Source: the human T2T-CHM13v2.0 reference genome, Homo sapiens | DNA: 64,000 nt | Assembly (NCBI RefSeq): GCF_009914755.1 | Contig: NC_060936.1 | Direction: 5' to 3' (one strand) | In this document: positions 31,661 through 48,799 of the stretch, piece after piece | How the letters are laid out: each line of letters begins with the position of its first letter | Position numbering within the stretch: the first letter of the stretch is position 1 | Made by a program: the position numbers and the translations under genes | Notes under the pieces: model-generated | The model's database searches: none | The model's input: only the letters and a program-made list of their open reading frames with translations | Told to the model about the DNA's origin: nothing

Positions 31661-32089
31661 TGGGAAGGGGAGGTGAGATTAACTGGACTCGAGACTGCTG
31701 AGTCTCTTAAGGATTATTGAAGATTTTGGGGGGGCAATGCCCAGATGTTGCCATAACCTTATCTTTTGTTTTAAAATGAAAGTATTATGTAAACAGAGAG
31801 GAGAATAAAAATATTATGTAAAAAGAGAGGAAAACTACACAAATAAACGTTGTACTGGGCACTGTACTGTTTGATTTTTCCAGGAGACCACTGTTGCTGA
31901 AAAGCCTTGTTTATTGTGAGGAGGAGGGGAGAAACTGGGGTGAGAAACGTTGCTACCTGTTGCAGCAGCTACCTGATCACCCAAGAGATTTGCATAATTT
32001 CTTCCTCCCACTATATCCCATTCCAGCAGCCAATATCTTAACAAAAGGGAAGCTATTATGGAAGAAAATTTAATAAAAATATTCTCTAG

Positions 32090-32310
32090 GCATTTGTTTG
32101 CACTATCTGTAGTCAACATTTTATGGATCCTGACTCATTCAATCCCCATAACAACACTGTGTGGTAGATTATTTATTCCATTTTACAGTTGAAATAACCA
32201 GGACTTTGAGAGGGGAAGTGACACATGCAAGGTCATGTAATGAGTAAGTGGCAGGGCTGAGATCTGAACCCAGAAATATCCAGATTCAAAGCCCATTATT
32301 TCTCCAACAA
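32090..32310 (-). mobile_element. MIR
   Basis: ctcattcaatccccataacaac...ccattttacag...gtaagtggcagggctgagatctgaacccag. Confidence 0.8.
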
Positions 32311-33777
32311 ATCCATCCTATTATTCTGCATTTTTGTATTATTTTAGAAAATGCTCTTATAAAATATTATCGTTGATATATGTCTCCCAAGTTGATATCA
32401 CACATCTCAAATTTGTACATTAAGGAAAGAAGCAAATTAAGGAAATTCAGATAAACAGAATACATTCCTTTCCAATTTTGTTCATGCAAGCTTAACTTTT
32501 ACATACTGAAAAGCCTACTATTACAAAATTAGGCAACCACAAATGTAAATGTTATTTAGTTTTTTTCTTATACTTATTAGACTGATTGTAAGAGTTGATC
32601 TCACCTAAGATTAGAAAATAGTTTTGTACATCACCTCCACAGGAATATAAAAAATTAAACTGATAAATTTATGTGCCATTGTGAATTCTTTATGACTGAG
32701 TTGTCAATTGCTTTCTTTAGGCAATGAGCCAATGTTTATGAAGTAGCTACAATGGGCAGAGGGCTTTGCCAGGATCTGTGGAAAGTTTCAAAAGATGCAG
32801 CTGTAGACATGATTTTCATCACAAGAGAGTTATGATCTAACAAAGAAGATGGACAAAATATATAAAATAGGGGAGAACATGAGCACATATAGAACTACAT
32901 CTCTATGACATGAGATCATGTATGCATTACTAGAAAACAATGATGACTATAACAGTGATAGATACATGTCTAGGGACTACAAAAATGGCCAGAATTAAGC
33001 AGGAGTGCTTCTCATAGACTGAATATGATAAAGTAGTCAATTCTGAGAAAAATTTGGCAGAAATTTTATAAAATTAGAAACAAAAGGAGTCTGTAGAATT
33101 CAAATACTTTTTAGACTTTTAATCTTTCCAAGTTGTGCAGTCTGTGACTAATAAGTGATATAAAATAGAAAAACTTCAAACAAATTTAGCATGCAATGTT
33201 TTACATTCTCAGTAGAGCTTATAAACTTCATTCGTTTTCAAAGTTGCTCAAATTTAAACAGAAGATAACTGGAAAGCTAGTGGGTAAAAATGAAACAGTA
33301 CACAGAGTCATCAAAACAAATATATATGATATTATGATAAAAGTTGCTCATATTAATTCATGATAACATTCATTAATTTAGATTTAACAGTAAAATAAGG
33401 TATTATATTGAAGTTATGATTCAGTGAAAAATCCACTGAAGTAGCAACTATTCTCTGGGTCTTCCAGTTTTGAATATAGTTGTCAATAATTATTGATTAA
33501 GAATAATAGTCATATTCACAATAGTTTAATCTATATTAGTGATAGCCTATGGTTCACATTAGTCATGGAATGTGGCAGTTTTGAATTAGGGGTTTGAATT
33601 CTGAAAGTCCTTAGTTTCTGCCATTCTACTCTATGTATAACCAGAAAAACAATCCTTTATGCTCCTTGAGGAAAAGTATAATACAATGGCTCAAGAGCTG
33701 GATGAAAACAGAAGGAATTATGGTTTTATTTCTGACTTAGAACAGGATTAGCTCCTACTTTGAACAAATGTTGTATA

Positions 33778-34489
33778 CAGTAGTCCCTCGTTATCTGTAG
33801 GGGATATGTTCCAAGATGCCTGAAATTGTGGATAGTAGTGAACCAGATTGCTGTCAATTGGAACAAATTTCTGTTTATGTCTTCTACCTACAGATTTAAT
33901 GCCTTTTCTATTTTGCCTAAGCACTTATGCACTGTGGATATAATTTTTGCAGTTTGAGGTAGGACAGCAAAACTAGCATGAATTTCTTTTTCCTTCTTCA
34001 CAGTTTGACAGATTTGTTCTTACCATAGATCTCAGCAACCTCAGTGTATGATTTTTTTCTTTACTTATTAAGTCAAGGGCTTTCACCTTTTCACTTAAAG
34101 GAAGCACTTTGCAGCTTCTCTTTGGCATATCCGAGTTGCCAGTATCACTACTTTTGCGCTTTGGGGCCATTATGAAGTCAAATAAAGATTATTTGAACAC
34201 AAGCACTGACATACCACAACAGTTAACCTAATAACTGAGGCGGCTGCTCAGTGACTAACAGTCTGGTTGATTAGGCAGCAAGGATATGCTGGACAAAGGA
34301 ATGATTCACGTCCCTACATGAGACAGAGCAGGATGGCCTGAGATTTCATCATACTACTCAGAATAGCACACAATTTTAAACTCATGAATTTTTCTTTCTA
34401 GAATTTTCTATGTAATATTTTTGTACTGCAGTTGACTGTGGGTAACTGAGACTGGAAAAAGTGAAACCACAGGTAAGGAGGGACTACTA
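33778..34489 (-). mobile_element. MER44/Tigger7-family non-autonomous DNA transposon with a transposase N-terminal remnant
   Basis: TIRs cagtagtccctcgttatctg / caggtaaggagggactacta; ORF MAPKRKSSDTGNSDMPKRSCKVLPLSEKVKALDLI at 33973-34170 (minus), frameshifted. Confidence 0.85.
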
Positions 34490-34509
34490 CATCTTTGAGC
34501 ACTGATTTT

Positions 34510-35320
34510 TTTTTCATTTGTCCTTTCATTCATTCATGTTTTTATGAGGGTCTACAATGTGCTAGGTACTGTTATAAAGTGGATCAAAACAAAACTAGTC
34601 CTTGCCTTATTAGAACTTATATAATGGAGGGAAAAGAAGTAAATACTGATAAAGATGAAATTTCAGATTGTGAAAGATCTTTGAAAAAAAAGTAGGATGC
34701 TATGAGAGAGAACCAGGGGCTGGCAGTGAACCAGTTTTAGGTTATCTGGTTAGGAAAGTCTCTCTGAGGTAGTGACATTTGAGCAGGGACTTGAGCTGGC
34801 AATTTCAAGAGAAGAAAATGAGAAGGCCATGCCAGGCCCAGGAAACAACACTTACAGAGACCCTAGTGAAAGGATGTGGCAAGTATTAATATGAGGAACC
34901 TAGAGGAGGCTGATATGAGTGTAGCTTTGGAAATAAAGAGGAGAGTGGTCATGGGTTAGAATAAGTTTTGAGAAGCTAGATCAGCACAGGGCTTCTTACA
35001 CCTTAGTCATGTTAAGGGCATTGGATTTTTATTGTAAGGACAGGGGACGCCTTTGAGTTTTAGTTGAGGAATGACAGGAGCCTCAGACTGTTGTATGGAG
35101 GGTGGATTGAAGGGAGACAAAAGGAATCAGGGAGAACAATGAAGAGAAAGAACTTTAATACATTGCCTAGTTGATAGATGATGGTAGTAGACTTTCCCAC
35201 AGGGATGACAGTCTAAATGAACGGAAGGGGAAAATCCCAGGATGTATTGTGGAAGCAGAATGAATAAAACTCATCAATAAATCAAATGTGGGATAAGGAG
35301 AGGTGTAAAAAATGACAGGA
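34510..35320 (-). mobile_element. L2
   Basis: cattcattcatg...ctacaatgtgctaggtactg...gaaagtctctctgaggtagtgacatttgag...gatgatggtag. Confidence 0.75.
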
Positions 35321-35404
35321 GCTATTTATAAAAATTATATTCTGGCTTAGAATAATATACTAAACATCAAGGGCATTGCTACCAATATTATAAAGGTAAT
35401 AACT

Positions 35405-36352
35405 TTTTAATTAGACTTTATTATTTGAGTAGTTTTAGTTTCACAGCGACATTGGGTGCAAGGTACAGAGATTCCCCAATACTCTCTGCCCTCACACATA
35501 TGTAGCCTCTCCCCATATTAACCTCTGCCACCAGAGTGGGACCTGTGTTATAACTGATAAACCTGCATGATGCATCATTTCATCCAGACTCCATAGTTTA
35601 CATGGCCCACAGTTTACGTGGTTCACTCTTGGTGTTATACATTCTATAGTTTCAGACCAATTTATATTAACATGTACTCACTACTATAATATCATACACA
35701 GTAGTTTCATTGCCCTCAAAATATTCTGTGCTCTGCCCACTTATTGTTTTCTTACTGCTACTCACTGTAAACCACTGCTCTTTTTACTGTCTTCATAGTT
35801 TTGCCTTTCCCAGAATGTCATTTAATGGGAATTATACAGTATGTAGCCTTTTCAGATTGGTTTCTCTTACTTAGTAATATGCATTTAAGTTTCCTTCAAT
35901 GTCTTTTCATGGCATGATAGCTAACTGCTTTTGGCACTGAATAATATTCCATTGTCTGGACAAATTACAGTTTATCTACCGATTCACCTACTTAAGGATG
36001 CCTCAGTTGTTTCTAAGTTTTGGCAATTATAAATAAAGCTGTTTTAAACATCCATGTGTAGGTATTTGTAGGGACATGGTTCCAATTTCTTTGGGTAAAT
36101 ACCAACGAATGTGATTACTGGATCATATGGCAAGGGTATATTTAGCTTTGTAAGAAACCACCAAACTGTCTTCCAAAGTGTCTGTGCCATTTGCATTCTC
36201 ACCAGCAGTGAATGAAAGTTCCTGTTTCTCCATATTCTTGCCAGCATTTGATGCTGTTAAGGTTTTGGATTTTAGCCATTGTAATAGCTGTGTAGTAATT
36301 GTAAAGAAAACAACTGCTTGTTTGTTGATTGTTGCTTTTATTTGCATTTCCC
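35405..36352 (-). mobile_element. L1MB-type 3' end
   Basis: aaggtacagagattccccaatac...ccaccaaactgtcttccaaagtg; the translation includes TLWKTVWWFLTKLNI.LPYDP. Confidence 0.85.
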
Positions 36353-37439
36353 AACATCAAAAAATTCAGATAATGAATTCATTTCTTTTTCCACTTGGAA
36401 GAAACATCTTGAAAAAATTTCAATGTTAAACAATACATGCTACTAAATTGTAAGAGAAACCATGAATTTAGAGATAAACCTTTAATCCAGAAGTAGCAAA
36501 CACTGAAATAATTTGATACCTAAATTACAATTTTAGACCACGAAAATCAGCCAAAGGGACTTAAAAGTATAAATAAATTGGCCTAAGAATCTTTTTTAGG
36601 GACCATCCTGCTCTTTCCTTGAAGAAAAATTACCAGTCTTAAAGACACTTTGGTTTGGAAACACTATAATATTTGAGGTTAATCACCCTTCCAGAAAAAA
36701 GTCCCTATGGGGTTAAGGCAACAGTGTGGGTTACTAGAGAGAATTCAGGGATGAACAAAGAGATGGTTATTCTGAGTCAGAAAGGACTTGGTCATATATT
36801 CAGTTCTGGAAACATCAGTCATCCTTGCTGTGCAAATCAGTGAGAACAAGAAATATCTCTTGTGTTAGAGAAAGGATCTTAGTAAAAACGCCCACATGGG
36901 GCATTATCTTTGTCATAGAGAGAGAGAGAATTCTAATAAATAGCATTTGAAGTAGATGGATCCATGGCGACATGTCAACCTCCTTTGGTGCCCTAGGACC
37001 ATTGGTAAGTGAAGGCCCAGAAGGCAACCTAAAGTGGGAAAGCAAAGAGCAAAAAAAGCTCAGATTTCTTAATTTTAACTATTACCTGATAAATGTAGTT
37101 CAATGAAATGGAATGAGCATCAACAAATGCTCCAGGGGCGCATAGAATTTCAGAGATTTCAGTAAGCTCCTGGAAGCTGACACAAAATCTGCAAGCTTAT
37201 TGTAGGAGGGTCTGACACTCAGATGTAGATCTTTGGAGTCATGTAGATAAGGGCCTTCTTCAAGCAGGACCAGGGGCTGGGAGGGATTGGAGTACAGCAG
37301 TCATTGTAGAAAAAGAGCAATGAGGTCTGGGGAGCAGGAGGGAGCCTGGGGACTTAGACTTGAACTCACTGAGAATCAGGTGTGCAGAGGGCTTCAGTAT
37401 CCCACAAGACTTAGTTGATGCTATCAAAAATGTGACTCA

Positions 37440-38470
<1,031 letters not shown>

Positions 38471-38914
38471 AACTTCCCCACTGCCTCCAAAATAAGTATG
38501 TCTTCACTAACATCCTATCTTTGTTTCCAGTACCTTAATCTGACAAGAGCGGGCAGGGCTGATTCCCCAAGAAGGGATTGAAGATAGAGGACAAAACCAG
38601 CCCCATTTTTATTTCAATAAAAACAAAGTAGAATTATAGGTGTTAATTTTGCAGAGTTTTAATGGGTTGATTGATTTGGTGTAAACTCTGGGGCTACTGG
38701 CAATAAAAATTCTTTGGAAAAAAGACAAAGTTGAAATAATGTCAGAGAGAATACATCAGGAAAAAGGTTGAAAATGTAAGTTCTATTAAACACAACATAC
38801 TTAGAGGGGGAGAAAATCACAGAAGAGCCAGTTATGGCAGCTGAAAGAGGGGCAATGCTAAAGACTCACATTTTTAATTTAAAAATCAGTGTTCCCTGGG
38901 CAGCAAGAAATTTT

Positions 38915-40785
<1,871 letters not shown>

Positions 40786-40811
40786 TCACACCAATTCAAT
40801 AGCAGTGTGCC

Positions 40812-41146
40812 TGCCGTGGTTTGAATGTGTTCCCTCCAAAATTCAGGTGTTGCCAATGTGATGGCATTAAGAAGTGCAGCCTGTAAGAGGTGATTCAGCC
40901 CTGAGGGCTCCTCCATCATTAATGGGATTAAGGCCCTGGAGGCATTACATAGCCAGCCAGTATTTGGCTAGCTTGCCCTTCTGTCTTCTGCCTTCTAGGA
41001 ACACAACAAGAAGGTCCTCATCACACCAAATACTGGCACCTTGGTCTTGGACTTCCAGCCTCCAGAACTGTAAGAAGTAATTTCTGTTCTTTATAAATTA
41101 CACAGTCACAGGTATTCTGTTATAGCAGCACAAAAGAACTAAGACA
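40812..41146 (+). mobile_element. MST (MSTC/D-like) MaLR LTR inserted in a MIR
   Basis: tgccgtggtttgaatgtg...ggacttccagcctccagaactgtaag...aactaagaca; MIR sequence on both sides. Confidence 0.85.
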
Positions 41147-42599
41147 GAGACCTTGGCAAATAAGCTAATCTAAATTGTGTTTTCCTTTCAGGAATAGTAT
41201 CTGTCTTTATAGGAATGTGGTAAGATAAAATAAGATAATGCAATATTTACCAAGCTCCCTGAGGATAAAAATTCCCCAGAGTGCTTGTTAAAATAAGTTT
41301 GTAGACCCAGGAGGACAAGGGGTCTGGGAAGCTAAACAAACATTAGAAAAGCCTGAGAAGCAACAACAACAACAACAACAAAATGCACTTGTGCTTTACT
41401 ATGCTTGTACTTTACTTTTTTTTTTTTTTTAAACCACAGCCACTACTGCCCGTAGTAAGTGGTCAGTAAATATACGTAGCTTGTTTTTAAAAAATTTCTA
41501 ACTCCTTTGAACAAATTTCCTTATTAGAGCTTTTTGCTATTATGCTACCTCCCCTGCCCCTAAAGTCTAAGGTATAATATGAATTTTCACAAAGGCTGAG
41601 GAAATGCATTCTGTACACTGTTGAATAGTGAGCTTGATGCCTCTGGAAAGTCTCTGAGACACAGGTTATTTTCACAGGTGTCATTTATTAAGAATGATCA
41701 GACTTACCTCCCCAAGTCAAAGTTGGCTAACTGGAAGGCCTTCTGGGGACCGCCAGTAACTCACCTGGGTCAAGCAGGCCCTGCTGGAATTAAGAACTAA
41801 AGAGTGACTGACTTTCTGCAAGGGGATATCTGCCACTTAGCTCTTGCCCTTTCTGGCTGTGTGCAGCGTTTTCAAGAGAATACAGGCATTTGAACTTTAA
41901 AAACGTTATCAGCAAATTTTCATGATTTTTATTAGCTTATTGGCCTCCAGGTTTTCATTTTGGATCAATTCATTCAATGATGGTTAGGCTCTCACTTCTC
42001 TGGCTGAATCTTAGAGGTAAATGACCAGTGAAAGAGCAGTGCTTGCTCCTGGGAACTAAAGATGTTTAAGAATCCAAGTGTTTAGTATTATGGACAATGA
42101 AGGAAGTTAAACTAACTACCCAACTCCCCATTCCAGATAGCCTATGTAAGGTTTTCCCCGGGTGGCCTCACAGTTGAGGCATTCTCCCTCAAGAGATGAA
42201 ATGTTAGTAAGTCCCCAAGGTACAATGCGATGTGCTTGGATTGGATTCCTGCCAATGGCTCTGTCCGGGAAAAGCAGATGGGGCTGAGTTAGGTATTAGG
42301 GCGTCTTTCAACTGAGAAGCTTGTGACAAAAAGAGCAGTCTCACCTCCTGACCAAAGCTCAGTTTTCCTATAGTGTTGCCACTGCCCTCACCTACCACCA
42401 TCACTAGCCTCGCTCAAATTCCTGTGCACCAGAGCGGGGCCCTGTCCCTTAGGGTTCATGCAGAAGCAAGAACTTCTCTTTCACTGGTTATTTACAAGGA
42501 ATTGGTGAACCCCTTATTGTGTTGGAAAAGTAAACACAAAACCTGTCATTTAAGTTCCCAAATTTATTCTAATTATCTGGTATTTTGATTTATGAAGAA

Positions 42600-42840
42600 C
42601 AGAGGCTGCACTGATAAAGGACTGGAAAAAACACTGGGCTGGGAGCAAATGCCAGACCTGCTATGTAATGGATATGAGGTTTTGGGCAAATTCCTTAATG
42701 GCACTAAATCTGCTTTTTCATTTGTAAAGTAGGGATCATAGTACCTACCACAAGAATATCTTTAAAGGTCATATAATATTTTCTTCGCTGAAATGTCTTC
42801 TATTGTGCCTAGAGCTCAGTAAGCAGTGAGTGAACATTTA
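42600..42840 (+). mobile_element. MIR
   Basis: ttgggcaaattccttaa...tttttcatttgtaaagtagggatcatagtacctacc. Confidence 0.65.
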
Positions 42841-42984
42841 TAGAATCAGAATGATGGAATTGCTGCTTTTAAAATAGCAGATATTGTGAGTTGAAAGGTA
42901 ATGAAATAAAACCACTTTTAGATTTCCAATTTTTAAGTTGATGTTTTATATAATACCTTAATGAAAGTTCTTAGGTACACTTTT

Positions 42985-43670
42985 TCATAAAATTTTTGTC
43001 TTGAAATAATTGTTGATTCATGTGCAGTCTTAAGAAATAATACAGAGAGTTTCCATATGCCTTTTATCCAGTTTCTTCTAATGGCAACATCTTATATAAC
43101 TATAGCGTAGTATCACAGCTGGGAAATTGCTATTGATAAACTCCATCAACCTTATTTAGATTTTATCAAGTTTACATGCACTCATTTATTATCTAGTTCT
43201 ATGCATTTTTTATATGTGTGGATTATAAAGCTCGAGAGCCAAGATACAGAGCAGTTCCATCACAAGGGTTCCTTATGATACTCTTTTATAGTCATATCCA
43301 TTTCTCTCCTTCCCTCAGCCTCTAGCAACCACCAATCAATTTCCTTTCTCTAATTTTGTCATTTGAAAAATGTTATATAAATGGAATCATATGGTATATA
43401 ATTTGAGATGGACTGTTTTTCATTCAGAACAATTCCCTTGAGATTCATCCAAGTTGTTGCATTTATCAACAGTTCATTTCTTTTTATTGCTGAGTAGTAT
43501 TTCATGATTTGGAAAGACCAAATATAGTACTAAGTACCATAGTTTGTTTATCTCTTCACTTGTTGAAGAGCATTTGGCTACTAGGAGTTAATTTCTGGCT
43601 ATTAGGAGTAAAACTGCTGTGAATATCCATGCATAGATTTTTGTGTGTGTACGAATCTAAATTTTCACTT
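42985..43670 (-). mobile_element. L1MC-type 3' end
   Basis: gaaataattgttgattcatgtgcagtcttaagaaataatacagagag...gagattcatccaagttgttgc. Confidence 0.8.
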
Positions 43671-44249
43671 GTACCTTATTTTTTTATTTTGTTAATTCAT
43701 TATTTAGTGGTGCCCAGTATTTTTAGCTAATGAATAAGGAAAATATACAAATTAGCAGTGAATATTCTATATTTGTTGGTAGAATTTTTTTGGTTGAAAT
43801 AGGTATAAATTTGCCATTTTGTTGATAGAATATAATTAAATTATATTGCTTGACACACAGGACCTTGTATATGAGCTACATATATATATATAATTTATAA
43901 ATATCATATATCTGTGCCAGCTGCTGGTTAAAATGCATGGCTGCATTTACACAGGAAAGATGTCTATAGGCCAATAAACACATTTGCTTGCAAACTAGCT
44001 CCCAAGCAACATACTCTTACAACTGTAGCATGTGCTGGAATTAAATGCCGTATTACAAATAAGTACAAATATTTGCACAGTTTCCTTTATATATCCTATT
44101 TCTCCAATTCAGATTTCACAGAAGTGTTAAGTAAATATAATACTTGGCACATGCCCAGACCACATCAATTATTACTCATCTAGTGCCACTAAATGAGAAG
44201 CTCTTTGCATGGGTGATAACTGATAAGGTTACAGCAACTAAACAGTTGT

Positions 44250-44520
44250 TTAATAATATTAGCAAATCCATATGCAATGCTTATCTTATACCAATCGCTG
44301 TGTTGATGAGTTTATATGCCTATGCTGCTTATTAATGTGAAATAATCTTCACTAAAATCCTAGGCTATATATACTATCACTAAATTCATCTTATAGCTAG
44401 AAATAGGGAAGCACAGAGTGATAAGTAACTTTTCCAATGTCTCATAGCTAATAATTGGTGGAACTAGGATGAACCCAGATAGACTTGTTCCAAAGACTAT
44501 CATTTAACTACTATACTCTT
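44250..44520 (-). mobile_element. MIR
   Basis: aatcttcactaaaatcctagg...aagcacagagtgataagtaactttt...ggtggaactagga. Confidence 0.6.
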
Positions 44521-44570
44521 TACAAGATTAGGATTAGCAAATCCAAATAAGCAAACAAACCAAAATAAGA

Positions 44571-44868
<298 letters not shown>

Positions 44869-45590
44869 ACAATAAGATGTTTTAATTAAAATTGAGGACC
44901 TGGATTCTTTGCTTGTCAGGATGAAACAAGAACTCATTCTCTCAACTAAACTAGGTTTTTAAAGAAATGTGGTATAGTGGGGATTTTCAAATACAGCCTG
45001 AGTCTTGCTTATCTTAGAATGAGAGACATCAGGGCAGGTTCACTCATGGTCTGTCAGGAAGAAGGCCTGAGAAAACTCTCCAGAATGAGCTTATTTCAAG
45101 AGAACAGACAATTAACAGGCAAGCTGGATAATTAGAAGTGGGAGCCAATTTTAAATACAACATATTGTCTGCTATTGAGATTTGCTTTTCGGCATAATGC
45201 TCATGAATTTATCTCTAGGAAACTGAGGGCTAAAGATGAAAATGGGAAGAACCCATTTTCACCAAAAACTTAGTAACACAGCAAGATCAGTAAGCAAACT
45301 GTATTCGTTCTGGTTAAAGAAGCATGGTACAAAAAAAAAATGAAGGGATTAAAAAGGTGAGTACAGAGACTATGGAACTTTGGTATATTTAGGGCACCAA
45401 CATATTAATAACACTTGCAGCTTCAACCAAACCCTGCCCCCAGAACCATGAGAATAGTCAATATCTTTTATGGGAGCATCTGGCAAAATCCAGAATGAAG
45501 CTCTGGCTCTGATGTCTGGGGCCAGTGGTTTTTATCAGTAGTATGAGGCAGTGCTTTTTGTCATTAGGTTATAGTGCCCTTGGCACAGAT

Positions 45591-45611
45591 ATCAGCACCA
45601 CGGACAGCAGA
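45591..45611 (+). promoter_or_regulatory. REST/NRSF binding site (RE1/NRSE)
   Basis: aTCAGCACCACGGACAGCaga matches 17 consecutive bases of the canonical TTCAGCACCACGGACAGCGCC, with the CpG retained, in non-repeat sequence. Confidence 0.88.
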
Positions 45612-46213
45612 CGCTGATGGTGTACTAGGGTACCTCCCTTACAAGACTTCGCAAGTCAGTGGCAGGTTCAACACTGGACACTCCAAATGGGGGCTGAAGA
45701 AGTGTGGAGAAAGAATGAGGGGGCACCAAGCAGAAGTGGAGAAGATGGTTTTTTGCCTGCTCATTTAAGAGAAACCTCAAAAGGGCACACAGAAAAATTT
45801 GAAGATAGAGAAGGAGAGCTTTTAGAGAATGGAGGCTCTAAAAAATGGTGGAGCTGCATCTGGAGAGGTACTGTTTATTATCATTAATTTGATATCATTG
45901 TTATTATTTGTGTGAGTCTGGTACGTTGATGCAGCAAGGGAAAATCCAGGTTACAAATGTAGTTCCCTTCTCTAAGAATAGGTTAGGAAGCATTTTGTTG
46001 TGTATATTTTTAATATAGTCTTGACTAAAGACACAGAGGAGTGTTTGATTTAGAGCTCAATGGTGTAATGAATGAAAGTGTATTTGGATTCAGAAGCAGT
46101 ACTCTACATCTTCCTTTATTTTGCCTTAAGTATGAGAGGGATGCAAAATACATACAAGCAGTATTTTCCAGTGATTTAGAGAATTCCTTAGAAAATGACC
46201 AAGTAACAGGAAA

Positions 46214-46570
46214 TGTTCTGGTTATCTATTGCTGTATAACAAACAATTCAATCTTAGTGGTATAAAAAATAACCATTTGTTTATTGTTTATGGTATTTTA
46301 TGGCAGGCCAACAGAAAGACTAGACTGGAAACGAGGTTAGCAGCTGACACTTCCATCCACAGGTAGAATTTCTTCTTTTTTTGGAAAACCTCAGCTCTGT
46401 TTGTAAAGCCTTTTAACCAATTGAATAAGGCTAGCCTAGGTTATCCAGACAATCTTTACATATAGTCACCTGATTATAGATGTGATGTTAATCCAATCTA
46501 TAAAGTTACCTTCACAGCAACATCTATATTAGTGTTTAATTGAACTGGGTACCAGATTCTAGCCCAGTTT

Positions 46571-46609
<39 letters not shown>

Positions 46610-47067
46610 ACACACACGCACATACCTTGTCTCTGCTCCATGATGCTTGCAGTTTCACTTGGGAAAGCTCAAATTGTTGGAGTGATCCACACTGCTGGGG
46701 AACCACTGGGGGGCTTCTTCATTCATGAATTTGGTACCTGACCTGAAGGCTGGGCTCAGCTACACCTGTTATCTGGAGCTCCTGCAACTGGCTTCTCCAT
46801 ATGGCTTCAGCTTCTCACAGTGTGATAACTGGGTTCTGAGAAGGAGTAAGTGGGAGCTGGGCAGCCTCTTCTGATCTAGCCTCAAAAATGCAGCATCACT
46901 TCTACACATTTTATTGGTTATAAACATGTCATCAAACCTGGCCCAAATCCAAGAGGAGGGGAATTAAACTCCATATTTGATGGAATAGTGGCAAGGTCAC
47001 ATTGCATGAGAGTATGTAGGACAAAGGATATTGGTGTGGCCATCTTCTGAAAATATAGTCTGTCACA
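46214..47067 (-). mobile_element. MLT1 LTR containing an MLT2-like fragment (about 46320-46575) and (CA)n (46572-46624)
   Basis: tatctattgctgtataacaaac...gcagcatcacttctacacattttattgg...tggccatcttctgaaaata; inner ccttcacagcaacatctatattagtgttt...ctagcccagtttgacaca. Confidence 0.7.
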
Positions 47068-47337
47068 GGATAGGAAAATGAACAATGCTTCTGCCAAATA
47101 AAATAAAAGATATTGTTAGACATTTACTAACTGTTTACCAACTCTCCTCAGACACTCAAAAATGGCTGAAATTAATAGCACTAGAAATTGATCTCTGTAA
47201 ACATATTGCTCTTTCTTTGTCTTCAAATACCTATCAAGTTAGAGGCTTGTTATTAAAAATGTGACAATTTGAGACTGGTCTGGAATTGACCCACTTAACT
47301 TCGGTTACCATTTGGGAGTGGGGCAGACATTGGAAAC

Positions 47338-47890
47338 TATATTAATGATCTGCTGTATAACATATTACCATAGACTTAGTGGCTTAAAATAACACATTTA
47401 TTAGCTCACAGTTTCTGTGACTCAGGAGTCTAGGCATGGTTTGGCTGGGTCTTCTATCATAGGGTTTCTTGCAGGACTACAGTCAAAGTGTCAACCAGGG
47501 CTGGAGTCTCATTTGGGGCTTAACTGAGGAAGGATCCACTTCTAAGCTCGCATGATTGTTGGCAAGATTGGTTCTTTGTGGGATGTTGGACTGTGAGTTT
47601 TGGTTTCTATCAGGTTATTTGCCTGAGGTCACTTTTAGTTTCTTGCCATATGGATCTCTCCATATGCAATTTCACTACATCAAAGCTAGCAAGAGACAGA
47701 GTCAATGATAAGAGTCTGCTAGCAAGATGGAACATAAGATTCTATGTAACCTAATCACAGAAATGGATCCCATCACTTTTGTCATATTCTATTGATTAGA
47801 AGCAAGTAGTAGTTTTCACTCATACTGAAGAGGAGGAATTATACATAGGTATGGTTACCAGAAGGTGGGAACAATTTGGGGCTCTGTCAG
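47338..47890 (-). mobile_element. MLT1 (D/E/F-like) LTR
   Basis: cttagtggcttaaaataacacatttattagctcacagtttctgtg...ctattgattagaagcaag. Confidence 0.8.
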
Positions 47891-48713
47891 TATTTTTTCA
47901 TTACAGAAACATTAGACAAAATTGCTGGAGCTTTGGAGAAGTCCCCTCTTCCAGATCAGTCTCTGTGTCAGGAAGCATTTGATATAAAGGTGAGGGTGGG
48001 AGTTCAATCCAAGATGATAAACAATTCTAAATGCATCATTGGGGAAAAAAATGAATCATCTGAAATTCCAGGTGGGTAGACAAATAGGCAGCCAGAAAGT
48101 CAGACTAATAGACAAGAAATTGGCTTGAAATGTTTCAGCAATGCCTGACAGGGATTAAGGGGCAGATCGTGGTTCCTGAAAGGAAGCTGACAAGAGCAAG
48201 CCAGAGAAACCCCATTTCTACAGGAACTGTGGGTCTAAGTGGTTTACTGAAGTGGAAGCTCACAACTAGGGGAACAAAGCAAAGGCCCATTTACTAGAAT
48301 TGTAGAATAATGGAGTTTAAAAATATCAGAGTTTCCATCTAGGCTAAGAATTCTGTGAGGCCAGAGATATTGTGTCTTGGAATATATGACTTAATATGTT
48401 AAATGTTGATTGTAGGAGGTGACAGAGTGGAGAACTTGCCCCTCTCTGGGAGGAAAAGCACCTATGGGCTCTCTGCTTATTGTCACTGGCTGAGGCCACC
48501 CTACAATAGCTGTGAAAAGAACCCATGTGGTACCTGTATGTGAGGAAGCATGGTGGTGAGGTATGGGTGCTGTTGGCTGCTGCACTTTTTAACTACAGAT
48601 AGAGGCAATAGATGACCATGAGGTGGATACCAAACTTCATCTACTCAACTCATATTCCTTCTGCTATTCCTGCTGGACCACAAGCTGAAGGTGGCCCATT
48701 TGGATACCATTTT

Positions 48714-48799
48714 TTTTTATTATACTTTAAGTTTTAGTGTCCTTTGTAGGGACATGGATGAAGCTGGAAACCATCATTCTCAGCAAACTATGGCAAGGA
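48714..48799 (-). mobile_element. Miniature twin-primed L1PA insertion (3' end plus inverted ORF2 fragment)
   Basis: 17-bp TSD catttggataccatttt at 48697-48713 and 48800-48816. 48714-48737 is the L1 3' terminus (minus); 48738-48801 is L1 ORF2 end sequence in the opposite orientation. Confidence 0.93.

Noticed and set aside
33973-34170. Domesticated TIGD-like transposase gene
   Set aside because: Short frameshifted remnant inside a non-autonomous MER44-type element.
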